DNA from: Chrysomallon squamiferum
Lineage: Eukaryota; Animalia; Mollusca
Reading direction: 5' to 3'
NCBI GenBank assembly: GCA_012295275.1
Contig: CM022666.1
Coordinates: 6,882,001-6,946,000 of the forward strand
DNA length: 64,000 bases
This document shows, in pieces, positions 59,452 to 64,000 of the stretch. How positions within the stretch are numbered: position 1 is the first letter of the stretch; each line of letters begins with the position of its first letter. The notes beneath the pieces were generated by a model. That model made no database searches. It was given only the letters and a program-made list of their open reading frames with translations, and was not told the DNA's origin. A program made the translations under genes and the position numbers.

Positions 59452-60764
59452 ATGCATATCCTGATCATCATATGTATCTACATATTCTGTAACTTTTCAC
59501 CTATTCATCTATCTGCAGATTCAGCACATAATATTTTATGTATGTTTGTGTCTGTGTAGGGGTGGGGGTGTGCATATGCAGATGTCAACTGTGCTTCAAA
59601 CACTGACAAAATAAAAAACACCAGTATGGAGGTCATTAAACTGCAGTATTCAGCTCTCTCCTTTCAATATACGGACACAGTTTCATTATATTTAACACTG
59701 CTCAGTGAACATACACACTGGCAAACATCTGAAATGTAATGATTTAAATTAAAAACCACTATGTCCATCAAAAAGCAACAAATCTGTCGAAAAGCCTAGG
59801 ATCAGTGAGTGCTCTTCTCATTTAAATGTTCCTTTTTAAAAACTTTTATTGTTGTATCTTTTTTGAAAATGTAGTCAAAATCATCTCTTTTTTTGATCGT
59901 TGTTTTAAATGTAGATTTAAAAAAAAAAAAAAATCTCTTGCTCTTTCTCACTAGTGTTAGAGTAGGTAAAATATTTGTTTTCTTGTTATTTAAAAAAAAA
60001 AAAATTATTTATAAATTGTCAAAATATTTTTCAAATTAGCTGTAATTTGTGGGAATCTAACTAGGACAGTACTTTTGTTTTGATTTCAATATTTTTTCAT
60101 TTTTTTATGGTTTTTAAAGGATGATTAATGATTTAAAAAAAAAAAACAAAAAAAAAAACAGCACAGGTATTTTTAAAGGAAAACATCTGAACAAAACAAA
60201 CCAAATATTTAAAGAAAAAGAAAAAAAAATATAAAAAGAACGAGATAAAATTTTCTACAACCAAATTCGTGTCAGCCTGTAAAGAAAAAAAGAGAGAAAA
60301 GTTGCGAATTTTTGCGATAAAGTCACCAAAACATGCCATTTTGTGAAAACAGCCGAGAAACTGAACACTGGTATCAAAACGGAATCTAACTAAACGTGAA
60401 ACTACGTCCAAATCTGATACCGCGCTGTAACCTAATTTCTAATCTCAGTTGAAGAAGACAATTTGTATCTGGCTGTTTTTATTTGGCAACAAATTTAGTT
60501 TTAATATCACAACAAAAAAAAAAAAGTTTTATTTTTTACTTTATTTTACTGCCAGCAAGAGAACATGTCTTGATTCTTTAGACAAAACTTTCAAGTGAGA
60601 CCATATTGCATGTGATTATGATGTTATGGCAGAAAAAAAAAAAGGTGCTACAGAGTAATTTTTAAATCTGTTCTTTTGTTCTTATACTTTGTTATTAGTT
60701 AAGATTGGACATCAAAAACAAGTAAAAACGTAACTTGGAAATGTGGAAAATATATTTAGGTTAT

Positions 60765-61140
60765 TTCATCATTGTCATCATCACCATCATTACCATGATA
60801 ACAATCATCATCATCATCATTATAACTGCTAATATTATTCTAATCCCCATAGCCAGCCACATTCTAACTACCCTAATTGTTTTTCTTCATTATTACTGTC
60901 ATCATCATCACCATCATTACCATCATAACAATCATCATCATCATCCTAATCATCACTATTATTGTAATCCCCATAGCCACATTCTAACTAACTTAACTAT
61001 TTTTTTCGTTACTTTCACCATCACCATCATAAAAAAAATCATCCTCGTCATCATCATAACAATCATCCTCATCATCCTCATCATCACTATTACTGCTAAT
61101 ATTACTGTAAATCCCTGCAGCCTGGTCCTAACTACCGTAA
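60765..61140. repeat. (CAT)n-rich ~125-145-bp degenerate tandem repeat, 3 copies
   Basis: aatccccatagcca…cattctaacta at 60842 and 60966, plus a decayed copy near 61110. Confidence 0.7.
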
Positions 61141-64000
61141 TCGCTGTTTGTTCATCACATTACGTTAAGTAGTTCACAACACGTTTGTGATTGTTATCAC
61201 GGAGTTTATTCACAGACATAATTCAATTCATGGTCACTCAAGTACTTTAAACTGAAAGCCTCTTTCTTGCTCCAGATTGCTCTGCCAGTACAAGAGAGCG
61301 AGAGACAGACAGACAGACAGACAGAGATGTATTGATATTTTAATGTTCTTTTATCTGAAAGCTGGTGTGGATGAGAGCCAGCGGTTGGAGGATGAAATAA
61401 AAACAAACACATCAAGTAGAAAAGTCAAATTTCACCCCCCCCCAAAAAAAAATCTATCGCGAAAAAAATCTCCTTTTTCTGCCTTCGCAGTGATCCAAGT
61501 GCAATTTTAAAATAAACTTCAAAGATATTTCAGTAAATCTATAAAATAAAATATGAAGTAATTGTAAAATTATAACGGGATATTTCTTTTTTTATTGTTT
61601 TATTATCAATAATGATACCAATTTTTATCATAAATGAATGTTTAATGAATGAATGATGACGACGATGATGATAACAACAACATATGTAAAATAATAATAA
61701 ATAAAAGAAATAAAATTACTGACATTACTACTGCTACAACTACTACTAATAATAATAGTAACAGCAACAGCAGAACAAAAATATAATGGACACTAATCCT
61801 TAAAAGATTGCCAGTAATTGTAAAAATGTGCTTGTTATCCTCAAAATGGCCTCAAGGATATTTTCAAAACCAGTCTGAATCCATTTACAAATAATGAAAT
61901 TCTTATCTTTAAAGAGCCCTCCACAAGCACACATGTAATGAGATTTTACATTTACATGCACTTAAAAACTAAAACAGACATACATACATACATATATACA
62001 TACATACACACCCTCCTCATGCTTTAAACACCCCCACCAGCCCTTCAAACACACCCATTTACAGAGACAGCCTCCCTAGACAGACATGAAACCTTATTAA
62101 CTCTGATCTTCCCAGACAAACACACACTAACTTAAAAAGTTCCACATATACAACATAATCAAAACTGGGAAACAATTTTCAATTACGTTTGAAATTTTTT
62201 TTTTTAAATCTCTTTCCATCATGTCCCCTCTCTGACTGCTGCACACAGACGATGTTACACTGCAGAAGAAATTTACTGTATCCTAAAAAAAAATTAATAA
62301 TTTTTGGGGCTGTTTGTGTAATTAATTGATAAATTTTAATCTCCCACATCCTCTTGACGACCATTAAGAAATCTCTGCCTGAAAGAACGAAGAGCAGTAT
62401 TTGTGCCGTGTAGTTTCGTGTCAGCGCTGGGTAAAATAAAACCGAAATGACAACGTGGATTACTAAGTGATGCTGCTGATGAAGTGTACGTCAGGGGGAA
62501 GAGATTAAATCAAAGCTGCTATCTCAGGAGAGTGGATCATAAAGCTACATGCACATAAGCGCCGTTCACGTTGTTATCAAGGTCTCGGAGATTTCAACTT
62601 AATCGCCAAGATGAAGGACGGAAGTAAAGAAGAATTTCCCAATGTTTGAAAGATAGTAAAAAAAAAAAAAAAAAAAAAAAATGTATCATCACATCTTTAA
62701 TCATCATGTTGTACATGGTTGTTTTGTTGTTTATTTTTTTTAATACAGATTTTTATGTTTGGAATGTGGTTTATTGTAGAATATTTTGTTGGAAGATTGG
62801 TTTTTTTTTTTTTTTTTTTTTTCTCAAAGTGATAAAATGCAATATATTTAACGGCTTTGAACTGTGAAGCAAATGAATGGCTTTTCTGTCGAAAGTAAAT
62901 ATCATCGCTGTGTTTATCTCAGGTTTTGTAACATCAATTTTTCATAATTTGTAAAGAAAACAGAAGATGTGGGATTGTTCATTCATTGATGATGGCCGTA
63001 TCAATAAATATTACAACTATTTTTTTATGTAATAAAGAATGTACTATAGTAACTTTTCTCAAATGTATCAACCATTATATAATCATGAATAAAATATGAT
63101 GGCTATTTATTAATAATAACAACAATAACTGTAGTAATAGTAATAGTAAAAAAAATAGTAATAATATTAATAATAATAATAAATAATAGTAGTAATAATA
63201 ACCATAATAATAACTATAATAGTTGTGATAGTAATAAAAAAAAAAAAAAAAAATCACTGTTCAGTATCTATATAAATGAAGAATAAATTTATATTTATAT
63301 ATTATTTGTGAAATTTGCAGTAATAAAATTTATCATTCTATCTGAACAAAATTCTTTTATCTAACAACAACAAATTTTTTTATATATATATAATAAAAAC
63401 ATTAAAAAAGACTGGTGAATCCCAGAATATCAAATACTTCATGAGCAACAGGTTTGTTAAAATTAAAAAAATTTAAATCCATAACAATAAGTAACATCAG
63501 TCTGTTTATCAAATTTTTTCTAGTAACAACATAATTATATAAAACAAAAAACAAAAAAACAAAAAAAATGAAAAATTAAAAGGAAGATGAATCCTGGAAT
63601 ATGTATGAAAGATGATGAACTTAACATTTTCGATTTTTAATCTGTAACATTCACTGAACATCACTTTATCTGATAAAAACAAATATAAAAACAAAACATT
63701 ATTATTAAAAAAAAATCAGATGTATTCTGTAATATCCATATACATCATGGGCAATGAACTTTTTCTCTGAAATAATCAGTTTTACTGGTATCTTGGGACC
63801 AAATAAATCGAACATTTGCAAACAGACAAAATGGCTGACATTTACATTACAGTGATGGTGTATGCTCCTATCTCTGTACCTATATAACCTTTACATTATA
63901 CAGCTGTAATGGTGAATGCTGATAATTTAGAATTCTTGTGTGTAGCTATGACAAAAAAAAAAAAATGTAAATTGACTCTTTTATTATCCATTTACAATTC

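Overview
This is AT-rich, microsatellite-dense animal genomic DNA; an invertebrate such as a mollusc is a low-confidence guess from repeat style. The only supported coding sequence is four internal minus-strand exons of PSMD1/Rpn2 (26S proteasome non-ATPase regulatory subunit 1): 32135-32249, 8718-8834, 5230-5333 and 397-566. All have canonical AG/GT ends and translate to a contiguous stretch of the PC-repeat/C-terminal region. The introns are 23.3 kb, 3.4 kb and 4.7 kb, and no further upstream exon was seen in the remaining >31.7 kb. As assembled, exon 5230-5333 carries a +1 frameshift and two conserved residues nearby are altered, most likely through consensus error. Apart from 157-585, which contains the 397-566 exon, nearly all long ORFs in the track are simple-repeat artefacts. 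The main leads are: (1) the giant intron appears to match the PSMD1 intron that hosts HTR2B in vertebrates, and it contains CpG-retaining, enhancer-like islands; (2) two related 23-bp minisatellites in opposite orientation; (3) a nested ~80-nt hairpin; (4) a tandem array of Pol III B-box-like SINE heads; (5) a 57-aa poly-Q small ORF. No CRISPR array, tRNA, rRNA or TE coding sequence is supported.
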